DNA of 64,000 nucleotides, taken from the NCBI GenBank assembly GCA_947501605.1, contig CANMWZ010000007.1, forward strand, positions 1 through 64,000, in the 5' to 3' direction. Positions within the stretch are counted from its first letter, which is position 1. Every line of letters begins with the position of its first letter. The position numbers and the translations under genes were made by a program. Under the pieces are notes generated by a model. It saw only the letters and a list, made by a program, of their open reading frames with translations. It did no database searches and was not told where the DNA came from. This document shows, piece by piece, positions 39,311 through 49,009 of this stretch. Source of the stretch: Planctomycetota bacterium (lineage in GTDB: Bacteria > Planctomycetota > UBA1135 > UBA2386).

Positions 39311-40894
39311 TCACTCGCCAACTCGCACCAGGACCAGCGAGTCGAAGCGGAACCAGGCCTTGCCGACGAAAGCGTGCACGTCGCAGGCGAGCTCGACGCT
39401 GCGCTGAAACTCGCCGACCTCGAACTCGCAAACCAGGGGCGTCCAGTTGGCGTTGCCCGACAGCCGCGCGCTAACGCCGTCACCGGCGCGAAGGCACACG
39501 CCGCCGTGCTCGGTGCCATCCTGATCCTTCGCCGGCGAGTCAACGTCGGCGCAGCGCGCTGTGCCGCGCAGCTCGTAGCGCCCTTTGCCAAGCAGCACGT
39601 GGGTGCGCCACACACCGCGACGCGGTTCCTCGCCCCGGTCGATGCAGTGGACGTACAACGAGGTCGCGCTCTGGAAGCTCTTCTTCGCGATCTCGACCCG
39701 CTCCGTCTCCGCCGCCGGGTGCCAGTTCTTCTGCGGCAGCGGCCTTCCGATCGTCAGTTGCAGCGGCTTCGGCTCGGGCGCCTTGACTTGCACTTGCAGG
39801 TCGCGGTAACGCGCCGCGAGACGCTGGCGGAGGCTCGTGACGGCATCGGCGTGCGCGCGCGCGCCGTCCTCGTCGATTGCCTTCCACTGCGCTTGCAGGG
39901 AGTCCGCGATCGCGTCGAGTCGCGCGCGCAGCGTGTCGGGCGCGAACAGCGGCAACAGGGCGCGCAGTCGCTCGCGGTAACGCTTGCGCAGCGCCGGCTG
40001 CTGCATGACGGCGCTGGCGACGATGGCAGGCGGGTGTTCGAGGATCGAGGCCTCGGTGTCCTGCAGCAGTTGGTCCATGCCGTGCGGCAGGAAGCAGGCG
40101 CGGCCGCCGGTAGGGAGGAAGAGGCGGAAGTTGTTGGCGTTGCGGGTGTAGCCATCCCAGTGGCCGAGCATTGCCTCGAGCGCGGCGAAGTCGAGGAATC
40201 GGTCGAGGTCGAGCGCGGCGTCGAGCTGCTGCAGGCGGTCGCGGTTCACACCGCTGCAGTGCGCTGCAAGTGCGCGCAAGTCACTGTGGTCGTCGGGACC
40301 ATCGCCAGCGTCTTTCTCGAGGTCCTGATCGACGTCCTGGCAGAAACCACCGTCGTAGAGGTTGCCCGCCTGGTCGCCGAACACCCGGCGCACGAACTGC
40401 TGATCGAAGGCCTCGCGGAACACGTAGACACCGAGGTCGCGGTTGCCTTCGCGCACCCGCGCGTGCGCCACCCGCGGTGCCGGGTAGCCGGCGCGCGCGA
40501 ACACCTCGTGACCGAGCCATTCAGAGAGGCGCGAGTCGTCTTGGATGCCATTGTTCAGGTGGAAGCGGCGCAGTCCGTGAAACGCACCCGTGCCACCGAA
40601 CTTGCCGAAGTGCACGGTGAATCCCGGCCGATCATCGAACTCCCGCGTGCTGCCGGCGGCGCCCTTCAGCTTGATGCCGACTGGCGAAAACGTCGTCCCG
40701 TCGAGTTGCAGCGTCGCTGTTACATACTCGCGCGGGCGCTCGCGCAGGTCCTGTCGCGAAGCCTCGGTCAGTTCGATGTGGACCTGCACGAACGGCAGCT
40801 TGGCAAAGAAGGCGCGGGCCGGATCCTCGCCCATGGCGGGCTTCTGTGGCGACGCCAGCAGCAAGCCTCCGAGCAGCGCACAGGAGAGGAGCAT
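39311..40894 (-). CDS. Secreted CotH kinase family protein
   Basis: Signal peptide, IKLKGAAGS, FHGLRRFHLNNGIQD, HWDGY..NNF and FLPHGMDQ motifs. Confidence 0.85.
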   Translation of the reverse strand: MLLSCALLGGLLLASPQKPAMGEDPARAFFAKLPFVQVHIELTEASRQDLRERPREYVTATLQLDGTTFSPVGIKLKGAAGSTREFDDRPGFTVHFGKFGGTGAFHGLRRFHLNNGIQDDSRLSEWLGHEVFARAGYPAPRVAHARVREGNRDLGVYVFREAFDQQFVRRVFGDQAGNLYDGGFCQDVDQDLEKDAGDGPDDHSDLRALAAHCSGVNRDRLQQLDAALDLDRFLDFAALEAMLGHWDGYTRNANNFRLFLPTGGRACFLPHGMDQLLQDTEASILEHPPAIVASAVMQQPALRKRYRERLRALLPLFAPDTLRARLDAIADSLQAQWKAIDEDGARAHADAVTSLRQRLAARYRDLQVQVKAPEPKPLQLTIGRPLPQKNWHPAAETERVEIAKKSFQSATSLYVHCIDRGEEPRRGVWRTHVLLGKGRYELRGTARCADVDSPAKDQDGTEHGGVCLRAGDGVSARLSGNANWTPLVCEFEVGEFQRSVELACDVHAFVGKAWFRFDSLVLVRVGE

Positions 40895-41218
40895 GGTTGG
40901 GACTGGGAGTTCGAAGGCGTGGTGGTCCGGCGCGCCAGCGCGCGAAGCCGGCCGTAGCAGGTGGTGCTTTGGGCAGCGTTTTTAGCAGCAATGCCGCCGT
41001 CTGCACGCGCGCCAGCGTACCGGCGCGGGGTCTTTCCGACCGTCGGCTTCGTCGCGCGCGGCCTCGACGGCACTGCCGGACCATGATGCGTCGTACCCAA
41101 CCGCTGCGGGAGGCCTGTTGGCCCGTGCCGTTGCGGCAGTGGTCCTGTTGAGCCTGTCGCCGCGCACTCGACGCCCGTGCCGCGACTGCCGCGCAGGCCG
41201 ATTACGAGGGTTCGCGCC

Positions 41219-41908
41219 TTACTTGGTGGCGCCGTTGCTCGCGAACGAGGCCTCGCACTTCGCGATCAACTCGAGCGCATCGCTACGCGAGCCGAAACCG
41301 GAGCAGGTGAGCTTGCCTGGACCCTTGTAGTTCTGAAACCACGTCTTCAGGATCGAGGTGACACCAGGGTAGTCGCGTTCGAGACCGGTCAGGTCCTCGA
41401 GTTTGCCCAAGGGCCCGGCAGCGTCGACCGCGAGCACCTTGTCGTCGGTCTCGCCGTTATCGACCAGATGAATCAGGCCCAGGACCTTCACCGACTTGAT
41501 GGTGCCGCGCGGCATCGATGGGCCGAGTACGAGGATGTCGAGCGGATCACCGTCGCCACCCATGGCTTTGCCGAGGATCGCGCGCGGGACGATGCCGTAG
41601 TTGGTTGGGTAGCCAAGGTACTCGACCACGCGGGGGGCGCCGTCCTTCTGGTCCCAACGCATGATGCCGTCGAGCTTCACTTCCCACTTCTCGTTGGTTC
41701 CGCAGGGGATCTCGACGACGGCGTTCACGGTGTGCGGGCCCGTCTTGGCTGGAAAGTCGCGCAAGAAGTCGTGTGGGGCTTTGATCGTCAAGGGGTCGGC
41801 GAACGACAGGCCTGCGCTGAGCGGCACCGTGGCAGGAACGGGCTTCGGATCCTGGACGAAGAATGGCAGCGATAGAGCTGCGAGAACGGCGGCGAGGCGG
41901 AGGATCAT
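41219..41908 (-). CDS. ppa: Family I inorganic pyrophosphatase with an N-terminal signal-like extension
   Basis: VVEIPCG..K, YPTNYG, DGDPLD, DNGETDDK and WFQNYK motifs. Confidence 0.88.
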   Translation of the reverse strand: MILRLAAVLAALSLPFFVQDPKPVPATVPLSAGLSFADPLTIKAPHDFLRDFPAKTGPHTVNAVVEIPCGTNEKWEVKLDGIMRWDQKDGAPRVVEYLGYPTNYGIVPRAILGKAMGGDGDPLDILVLGPSMPRGTIKSVKVLGLIHLVDNGETDDKVLAVDAAGPLGKLEDLTGLERDYPGVTSILKTWFQNYKGPGKLTCSGFGSRSDALELIAKCEASFASNGATK

Positions 41909-42056
41909 GTGTGTGTGCGGCGGCGCCGCGGTGTTCTATCGTCCGCACCCCGGCAGAGTCTGGATGCGCAGTGGCAGCGCGGCTTTGGGTCCGTAGGATC
42001 GGGCGTCCGCGGGCTGCTCAGGTGGCGGCGCCGCCCATTCCACGGATCTGCAAGCT

Positions 42057-43118
42057 ATGAAGTACCTCGCGCTCTCGCTGTTCCTGCTCTGCCCGACGGG
42101 TCGTCTGACCGCGCAAGACCTCCCAAAGCTCTACCTCGTGACCGTCGATGGTCGGCAAGAGCAGGTGCAGCCGCTGTCGCTCGATGGCGACAAGGTTCGC
42201 TACAAGGTGTTCGTGCTCGGCGGCGAGATGACGACGACGCGCCGCCTGACCGACTTCACGCCCGAGTCGGCCTTCGCATTCGAGGCTGCGGTCACGGCGC
42301 CGAAGTCGTTCGCGCAGCACTTCGCGCTCGCGAAGAAGGCAGCGACGATGGGCTTGTTGCCACAGGCCGGCACGCAGGCTCGCGCGGCGATCGGTCTCGC
42401 CAAGGGCACGCTGGACGAGGCCGCGAACGTTGGCGCCGTCCGCACGTGGGGTGCAGACATCGTCGAGGCCAAGTGCAAGGAGGCGATTGCGCAGAAGGAC
42501 GTCAAGTCGGCGCAGCGCGCTCTGGGCATCCTGACCTCGCGCCTCTCTGACCAGCGGACCGACGAACAGCTCGCCGCCCTGTCGACCGCAGTCGAGGCCC
42601 TCGAACTCGCCGCCAGCGATGCAAAAGAAACAGCGCGGCAGCAAAAACTCGACAGCAAGGCCCGCGAGAGCCTGCAGCGCAAGCTGAAGCCAATCCGCGA
42701 CAAGGTTGCGCAAGGCGACAAGCTGCAGAGCCAAGCTTTCGCGAAGTCGCGCAACACCTCGCAGTCCGCCAAGATGTGTGAGCAGTCGATCGAGGCCTAC
42801 AAGTCAGGGTGGAAGGGGCTCGAAGACCTGACCAAGCAACTCGAGACCGACGCCGAGCTCGCCAGCGAAGCCAGCGAACTGGCTTCGCGCATCCACGACA
42901 ACGGCATCCGCTCCGCACTGCACGCCGCCAACATGTTGACGGTGCAAAGCGACTTCAAGGGCGCACTCGATTGGACGAACCGCATCCTCAAGTTCGATCC
43001 GAAGAACGAGGACGCGAAGGCGATGATGCAGACGATTCAGCTAGCCGAGGCCGATGCCAGCGAGAGCTGGCGCTGGAACTGGCACGTCGTCGGGGACCGC
43101 CCGCGTCCTCGGCAGTGA
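42057..43118 (+). CDS. Secreted helical/TPR-like hypothetical protein
   Basis: Signal peptide. C-terminal TPR-like DFKGALDWTNRILKFDPKNEDAK. Confidence 0.75.
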   Translation: MKYLALSLFLLCPTGRLTAQDLPKLYLVTVDGRQEQVQPLSLDGDKVRYKVFVLGGEMTTTRRLTDFTPESAFAFEAAVTAPKSFAQHFALAKKAATMGLLPQAGTQARAAIGLAKGTLDEAANVGAVRTWGADIVEAKCKEAIAQKDVKSAQRALGILTSRLSDQRTDEQLAALSTAVEALELAASDAKETARQQKLDSKARESLQRKLKPIRDKVAQGDKLQSQAFAKSRNTSQSAKMCEQSIEAYKSGWKGLEDLTKQLETDAELASEASELASRIHDNGIRSALHAANMLTVQSDFKGALDWTNRILKFDPKNEDAKAMMQTIQLAEADASESWRWNWHVVGDRPRPRQ

Positions 43119-43143
43119 CGCGGCGCGGTCGTTGTCGCCGTGA

Positions 43144-45156
43144 TCACACGCCGATGCGGTAGCGCACGCCGTTGCTGAGCACGAGCCCGAATGCATTCGC
43201 GGCGTTGTCGTGGGCCCAAGCCTGCAAGAACACCGGCAGCCCGACGAAGACAGGATCATTGGGGATCGCCAGCGAGTACTGCCCGACTCCGGGTCCGATC
43301 GTCGTGCACAGCGAAAACGACGTGATCGCCGCGTCGTGGTAGAGCACGCAGGTGGGCATGCCCAAGGCATCGAGCGGGAGTGGCAGCGGGATGCCGTTGG
43401 CGATGCTGTCAGACAGCCCGATCGCCATCACTGCGCTGCGCCCTGCAGGCACGTTGGTGACGGTCGACACGGCTACTGCTCCGAGGCGCGGGAGGGCGGT
43501 GGCAACCGGCTGCAGCGTGAGCACCGGGGTCCCGCAGCCGGCTCCAAAGGCCACGGCCTCCGCTCCCGCACGCAGTCGTAGGATCAGCAGCTGGCCGCCT
43601 TGAACGGACGAGGTAGTGGCGAGCGCCGCATTGGTCGTGTGGTCCTGCGCCGTCAACAGGAGCACGGTCTCGCCAGGTCCTGCCGGCACGATGCCGCTGA
43701 CGTCGCAGAGTCCCGAGCTCTCCTTGCTGTCACTGTGCGGCGCGATCGCACCCGGCGTGCCGCCGTTGACGGCGAGTTCGCCCCAGAGCGCGGGATCGAA
43801 CTTGAGCAATGGGATCAGGGCATCGGTTGCGAGGTCGTACATCCAGACCTTGCCGAGATACGTCGTCGAGCCTGGATCCTCCTGCAGGTAGACGCGGCCA
43901 TCCGCGGTCGCGGTCAGGTTGTCGAGCATCTGGACCTTCTGCTGGTTCTTGCTGCCATCGATCAGGAGATCGATCACGCCGCCGAGTGCAGGGTTGGTCA
44001 AGTCTTCAAACCGCAGGCGCCACAGTCGCGACATGCCGGTCTGGGTGGTGCCGGTCGCGCCGATCGTCCGGTTGCTGCCGGTGTTGGTCACGGTGTCCAG
44101 GCGATCCGTGGTGGCGAAGTAGAACTCGCGGGGATTGGCTGGGTTCCAATGGCCGTCTTCTGGGCGTGAGAAGGCAGTCGAAGACAATGCGCTGAGCGAG
44201 AATCGCATGCCGCTCGCGATTGTGGTTGTGCGAGTGGTGGTGTTGGCAATCTCGCTGGCGATGGCACCGACGCGTACGAAGGACAGCGTGCCGCCAGTGA
44301 GGCCAGCGCGATCGACCACCGTGCCGGCCACACTCTTCTGGCCCACGTAGACCGCGATCGACTGCGCCATGATGCCAGAGCCACCATCATTGGTACCGAT
44401 GACGATGGTCCGCGGCTGCGCGAAGGGGTTGGCCAGCAGGTTCTCGAACGCGCCGACGCCGGTTAGGCCCGAGCCATTGGTCGAGAGGTTGAAGCCTGGC
44501 AGGATGTATGTGGTGCCCTTGTCGATGCCGGTCGCAATGTTCGCGAACGCATAGCCGGTAGGGCCGCCTTCCTCGCCATTCATGAAGATGCGATCCGGAG
44601 TGCCGAGTCCGCTTGCGGCGTCGAAGAACGCAGTGATGGGCGCGAGATCGGCGGAGCACGGGCGGTTGATGGCGAGACCGTTGCCGGTCAAGGCATCATG
44701 GACGACGCCGGCGCCGTCGATGACGCGAACGATCAGGTCTTCACCCGACACCACACCCAACGTGGTCTTGTCGATGATCAGTTCGGACACATAGGCGCCG
44801 CGGGCGCCATGGCGGCGAACGACCCCGGCGGTGGTCGAGTGCTCGTGGTTGCACAGCAGCGTGAACGTGCCGTCGCCATTGTCGTAGGCCCCGAGGCCGT
44901 CGGGTGTGCCGCCGATCTCGTAGGTCACTCCGGTTGCCGCACCCGTTCGCTGCACGAGGTCGGTCGCAGTTGCGATCGACGTCACGTTGGTCACGACCAA
45001 AGGCGGCGCGTTCGCCACGAGGTAGGGTGCGCGCGAGGAACTCGGCCCCTGGACGTGGACCTGAGCGCCGGCGCCGACGGCGCTGACTGCAATTGCCAGC
45101 AGCGACAGCACGGAGCGCGGACACTGATGACGGCACGGGATTGCGAGTGGTTTCAT
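43144..45156 (-). CDS. Secreted PhoX/DUF839-like beta-propeller protein with a C-terminal accessory domain
   Basis: PDGLGA..NHE, FEN, FSRPEDG, LDNL, QEDPG and ESSG motifs resemble PhoX-type phosphatases. Confidence 0.65.
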   Translation of the reverse strand: MKPLAIPCRHQCPRSVLSLLAIAVSAVGAGAQVHVQGPSSSRAPYLVANAPPLVVTNVTSIATATDLVQRTGAATGVTYEIGGTPDGLGAYDNGDGTFTLLCNHEHSTTAGVVRRHGARGAYVSELIIDKTTLGVVSGEDLIVRVIDGAGVVHDALTGNGLAINRPCSADLAPITAFFDAASGLGTPDRIFMNGEEGGPTGYAFANIATGIDKGTTYILPGFNLSTNGSGLTGVGAFENLLANPFAQPRTIVIGTNDGGSGIMAQSIAVYVGQKSVAGTVVDRAGLTGGTLSFVRVGAIASEIANTTTRTTTIASGMRFSLSALSSTAFSRPEDGHWNPANPREFYFATTDRLDTVTNTGSNRTIGATGTTQTGMSRLWRLRFEDLTNPALGGVIDLLIDGSKNQQKVQMLDNLTATADGRVYLQEDPGSTTYLGKVWMYDLATDALIPLLKFDPALWGELAVNGGTPGAIAPHSDSKESSGLCDVSGIVPAGPGETVLLLTAQDHTTNAALATTSSVQGGQLLILRLRAGAEAVAFGAGCGTPVLTLQPVATALPRLGAVAVSTVTNVPAGRSAVMAIGLSDSIANGIPLPLPLDALGMPTCVLYHDAAITSFSLCTTIGPGVGQYSLAIPNDPVFVGLPVFLQAWAHDNAANAFGLVLSNGVRYRIGV

Positions 45157-45216
45157 GCGTTCCTCTGGGCGAGCGGGGGCTCGCTACCGAACATCATGCC
45201 GCACGGTCGCCCGCCG

Positions 45217-46287
45217 TCACCGAGCCATCGTCGGGTAGTCGGTGTAGCCCGCCGCCCCTTGGGTGTAGAAAGTCTTCGGGTCAGGCGGATTCAGCGGCGC
45301 CTTGGCGCGGATGCGCGCCGGCAGATCCGGGTTGGCGAGGAACGACGTTCCGAACGCGACGGCGTCGAGTCCGCCCTGATCGATGGCCGCATTGGCCTCG
45401 TCCGGCGTGTATCCCATGTTGCCGACGAGCACGCCGCGATAGGCGCGACGCACCGGCGTCAGCAGGTCACCTTTCTGCTTGCCGAAGAAGTCGGCGCGCA
45501 TCAAGTGCACGTAGGCGAGAGGGTAGTCGTTGAGGGCGCCGGCGACGAACGTCGCGAGACCGATCGGGTCGCTGTCCATCATGCTGTTGTAGCTATTGAG
45601 TGGCGATAGCCGAACGCCGACACGATGCGGTCCCCACTCGGCCGTGGCTTCGCCGACGACCTCCATCAGCAAGCGGGCGCGGTTCTCCTTCGTGCCGCCG
45701 TAGCGACCGGCGCGTTGGTTGCTGCCGTCCCGCAAGAACTGGTCGATCAGGTAGCCGTTGGCAGCGTGCACCTCGACACCGTCGAAGCCTGCGGCCTTGG
45801 CATTCGCGAAGGCGCGGCGGAATCCGGCGACGATGCCAGGAATCTCGTCCTCGCCGAGCACTCTCGGTACTTCGTACGGCTTCTTGCCTTGCGGCGTGTG
45901 CGTCTGCGAATCGGTGATGGCGAGCGCGCTCGGACCGACCGGCTGTTGACCGTCGTTCAGGAGCGAATGCGTCGCGCGGCCACCGTGCCACACCTGCAAG
46001 AAGATGTGGCCGCCGGCGCGGTGGACGGCGGAGGTCACGAGTTTCCAGCCTTGCACGTGTGCGTCGCTGTGGATTGCCGGTTCGCGCCAGAACGCTGAGT
46101 TGCCGGGTGAAGCCATCGTCGCCTCGGCGATCAGGAGGCCACCCGTGGCGCGCTGCGAGTAGTACTCCGCCATCAGGGCGTTCGGGACGTGGTCGGCGTC
46201 GGCGCGACTGCGCGTTAGGGGAGCCATCCAAATGCGGTTTTGCAGTCGAAGCGTGCCGAGGGAGATCGGGGTGAACAGGTCGGTCAT
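45217..46287 (-). CDS. nemA: Alkene reductase (Old Yellow Enzyme, NemA-like)
   Basis: MAPLTRSRA, QVWHGGR, EVHAANGYLIDQF, ANPDLP and FYTQGAAGYTDYP motifs. Confidence 0.9.
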   Translation of the reverse strand: MTDLFTPISLGTLRLQNRIWMAPLTRSRADADHVPNALMAEYYSQRATGGLLIAEATMASPGNSAFWREPAIHSDAHVQGWKLVTSAVHRAGGHIFLQVWHGGRATHSLLNDGQQPVGPSALAITDSQTHTPQGKKPYEVPRVLGEDEIPGIVAGFRRAFANAKAAGFDGVEVHAANGYLIDQFLRDGSNQRAGRYGGTKENRARLLMEVVGEATAEWGPHRVGVRLSPLNSYNSMMDSDPIGLATFVAGALNDYPLAYVHLMRADFFGKQKGDLLTPVRRAYRGVLVGNMGYTPDEANAAIDQGGLDAVAFGTSFLANPDLPARIRAKAPLNPPDPKTFYTQGAAGYTDYPTMAR

Positions 46288-46428
46288 GGCGGAAACAGTC
46301 GTGATGCTGATGGTTGTGGCAACGATAAGTTGGGCGGCAGCGTAGGCTTAGCTTGCTCGTGGATCAAGGCGCGAAGTAGCGGCGGCTCTGTCGCTCTCGC
46401 CGCCGTTGCGGCGATCGCGACTGGGGCC

Positions 46429-48288
46429 TCACTTAGCTGTCGATGCGGCGAGCGCGGCCTTCAGCGACTCGACTCCGCCGACCACAGGCAGCGTCAGTGT
46501 CGTCGCATCGAGATCGATGGTGACCTTCGCGCCGGGCTTTGGCCAGAGTGTGAACTCGCGATCGCTGGCGAAGATCATCAGCCCGAGCTGTTCGCCGGTC
46601 GCAATCACTTGGTCGTCCGGGTTGAGATCGAACGACAGCTCGTAAGACTTGCCCTTGATCAGCGGTTCGCCAGCCCGGATCGACTTCGCGTTCTGCGGGT
46701 CCGCCCAGCCACGGGTGATGAGGTCGTCCGTGATGCGGCGCGAGTCGGTCCACGGCAGCGACACCAGCCACACCGACAGGTTGGTCGCGGGCTGATCGCA
46801 GGCCAGCTTGATCGTGATGCGCGCGGTGCCGGAGACATGGACCGGGGCCGTGAATGCAGGCAGCGCGAACAGCAGGCGGTGCTCGGACTTCTCCTCGCTG
46901 GCGAGTGCACCGCCAGCCAGTTCGACGTCGTCGACCAGGGTTTCGGAGCCCTGGCCACTTTGTTTCACCAGCAGCAAGGCGCCCGTCGCGTTGCCACCTT
47001 TGCCGAGGTGCAGCGTCACGGGCGCCGCCTCAGGGTTCGGGTAGTCCGCGTAGGCCGTTGGCGAGCCATTCTTGTCGCTCTCGCGCACGATCCAGGCCTT
47101 CGGGTCCGTTTCGATGCCGTTGTCGACATCGAACAAGAAGCGCGTGAACCAGCGGTTGACCATCGCGAACGGTGGATCGCCGCCATGCGCCGACTGGTGA
47201 AAGTAGGCCATGCATGGCACGCCTTTCTGCTTCAGCGCGGCGTAGAAGAGGACCGTCTGCTCGGGCATGACGTTCCAGTCGTTGAAGCCATGGGCAACGA
47301 GCGTTGCCGCCTTGTAGTCAGAGAGCTTCTCGAGGTAGTCACGAGCGGCCCACCAGTCGCTGTAGTCGCCGGTGATGCGGTCCGCGTTCTTGGCGAGGTC
47401 CGCGTCGCGAACGTGCTCGATGCACCAGTCGCGCTTCTTCGGGTCGCCGCTGGCGATGAAGTCGAAGAGCACGTCGACGTCCTCGCCGAGATATCCACCG
47501 GGACTGCGCACCAGGCCATTGCTGCGGTAGTAGCGATACCACGAGGTCGCGGGGGCGACCGGGATGATGGCCACGAGTCCTTCGACACCGGTCGTCGCTG
47601 CGGCGACCGGCAGCGTGCCGTTGTACGAGGTGCCGATCATCGCCACCTTGCCGGTACACCAATCGGCCTTGATCTCCTCGTTGCCGTCGCGCGTCGTAAA
47701 ACCCTTGGCGCGACCGCAGAGCCAGTCGATCACCGCCTTCGGTGCTTGCGCTTCGTTGTCGCCCCCGATTGTCGGGCAACCTTGCGACCAACCAGTTCCT
47801 GGCGAACATGAGTGCACGACCGCGAGGCCGCGTGGCAACCAGCGAGCGGTCAGCGGGTCGTTGTTGGCGATCATGCCCGGCTTCTTGCCAAAGCCGATCG
47901 GCGCCATCGTCGCGCGCTGCTTCGGCTGCTCGCCGAGGTCGTGCTTCACGTCCCAGTAGTAGCTCGTGTCCATCGGGCCGTTGCCCGCGAAGTACGGGCT
48001 GGTCTCGTAGATCACCGGCACCTTCAGCCCCTGGGACTTCGTCTGCGATGGTCGCGTCACGTCGACGTGCATGCGGTCTTGCTTGCCGTCGCCATCGGTG
48101 TCGAACGGCGTCTCCACGAACAGGAACTCGCGGATCCACTCGCGGCGGTTGGCGAAGGCCTCATTTGCCGCCAACTGGCCGTCCTGGATCTCGTGGGTTG
48201 CGTTCGCAACGGTCGCGTCCTGGGCTCGGACGGCGGGGCTCGCGCAGAGGGCGGCGAGCAGGAGGCCAACGATCGGGAAGTGGCGCAT
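46429..48288 (-). CDS. Secreted Xaa-Pro dipeptidyl-peptidase (S15, PepX-like)
   Basis: Nucleophile motif GTSYNG, ETSPY, GGYLGEDVD, HGFNDWNV and QSAHG. Signal peptide. Confidence 0.88.
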   Translation of the reverse strand: MRHFPIVGLLLAALCASPAVRAQDATVANATHEIQDGQLAANEAFANRREWIREFLFVETPFDTDGDGKQDRMHVDVTRPSQTKSQGLKVPVIYETSPYFAGNGPMDTSYYWDVKHDLGEQPKQRATMAPIGFGKKPGMIANNDPLTARWLPRGLAVVHSCSPGTGWSQGCPTIGGDNEAQAPKAVIDWLCGRAKGFTTRDGNEEIKADWCTGKVAMIGTSYNGTLPVAAATTGVEGLVAIIPVAPATSWYRYYRSNGLVRSPGGYLGEDVDVLFDFIASGDPKKRDWCIEHVRDADLAKNADRITGDYSDWWAARDYLEKLSDYKAATLVAHGFNDWNVMPEQTVLFYAALKQKGVPCMAYFHQSAHGGDPPFAMVNRWFTRFLFDVDNGIETDPKAWIVRESDKNGSPTAYADYPNPEAAPVTLHLGKGGNATGALLLVKQSGQGSETLVDDVELAGGALASEEKSEHRLLFALPAFTAPVHVSGTARITIKLACDQPATNLSVWLVSLPWTDSRRITDDLITRGWADPQNAKSIRAGEPLIKGKSYELSFDLNPDDQVIATGEQLGLMIFASDREFTLWPKPGAKVTIDLDATTLTLPVVGGVESLKAALAASTAK

Positions 48289-48378
48289 GCGAGGACTGGA
48301 TCTCGGTTGAGTCCGCGCAGGATAGGCCGGCAGTCCGCACGCCGCGACAGTCCGGCGCGCGGGGATTTGCCCTCGGCC

Positions 48379-48852
48379 TCAGAGGTGGGCCGGTTGGTAG
48401 GTTCCGGCGAGCCGTTCTGGCTTCGAAGCCGCGATTTCCTTCTCGGTCAGCGCGATGCCCTGGACGAAGACGTCAAAGCCAAACATCGCCGGGCCGAGCC
48501 GGAAGACGAGGCCGCCGATGTCGACGCCCGTGGCGACCACCAGATCGGCCTTCAACAGCGGCGGCAGCTGGGGCAACTGCACCGTCCCGCCATCGAGCGC
48601 CGCAATCAAGACGCCGACGAACGGCGTATCGATCGGGGTCACCTGCAGCTTGGCGAACAGGTCGCCCTGCCGCCGCAGGCTCAGGTCCGCCTGCAGCGCC
48701 ACCGGCGGCTCGACCTGCTTTGGCGGCAGCGGCTCCACGGGCGGCGCCTGGGGGATCGCGATCGGCACCTTGGCGATGCCGATCTCGTAGCGCTGTGCGC
48801 ACAGCGGCAGGGCGAGGGCGGACAGGAGAGCGAGGGACAGCACGGTCTTCAT
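48379..48852 (-). CDS. Small secreted hypothetical protein
   Basis: Signal peptide MKTVLSLALLSALALPLCAQ. C-terminal VFVQGIAL...ASKP. Confidence 0.7.
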   Translation of the reverse strand: MKTVLSLALLSALALPLCAQRYEIGIAKVPIAIPQAPPVEPLPPKQVEPPVALQADLSLRRQGDLFAKLQVTPIDTPFVGVLIAALDGGTVQLPQLPPLLKADLVVATGVDIGGLVFRLGPAMFGFDVFVQGIALTEKEIAASKPERLAGTYQPAHL

Positions 48853-49009
48853 GATTCGTTGCGAGTGGTTGTTTGTGGGCGGGGGTCCGAAGTGGACTGA
48901 TGCACGAGGGGGAAGCGCTGCTGCGCCGTAGGTCCTGACGGCGAAATCCGCGCGGTTGGCCTGCATACTGTTTGCCCCCCGGACTCGATCGAGCCCTGAC
49001 AGAAGACCC

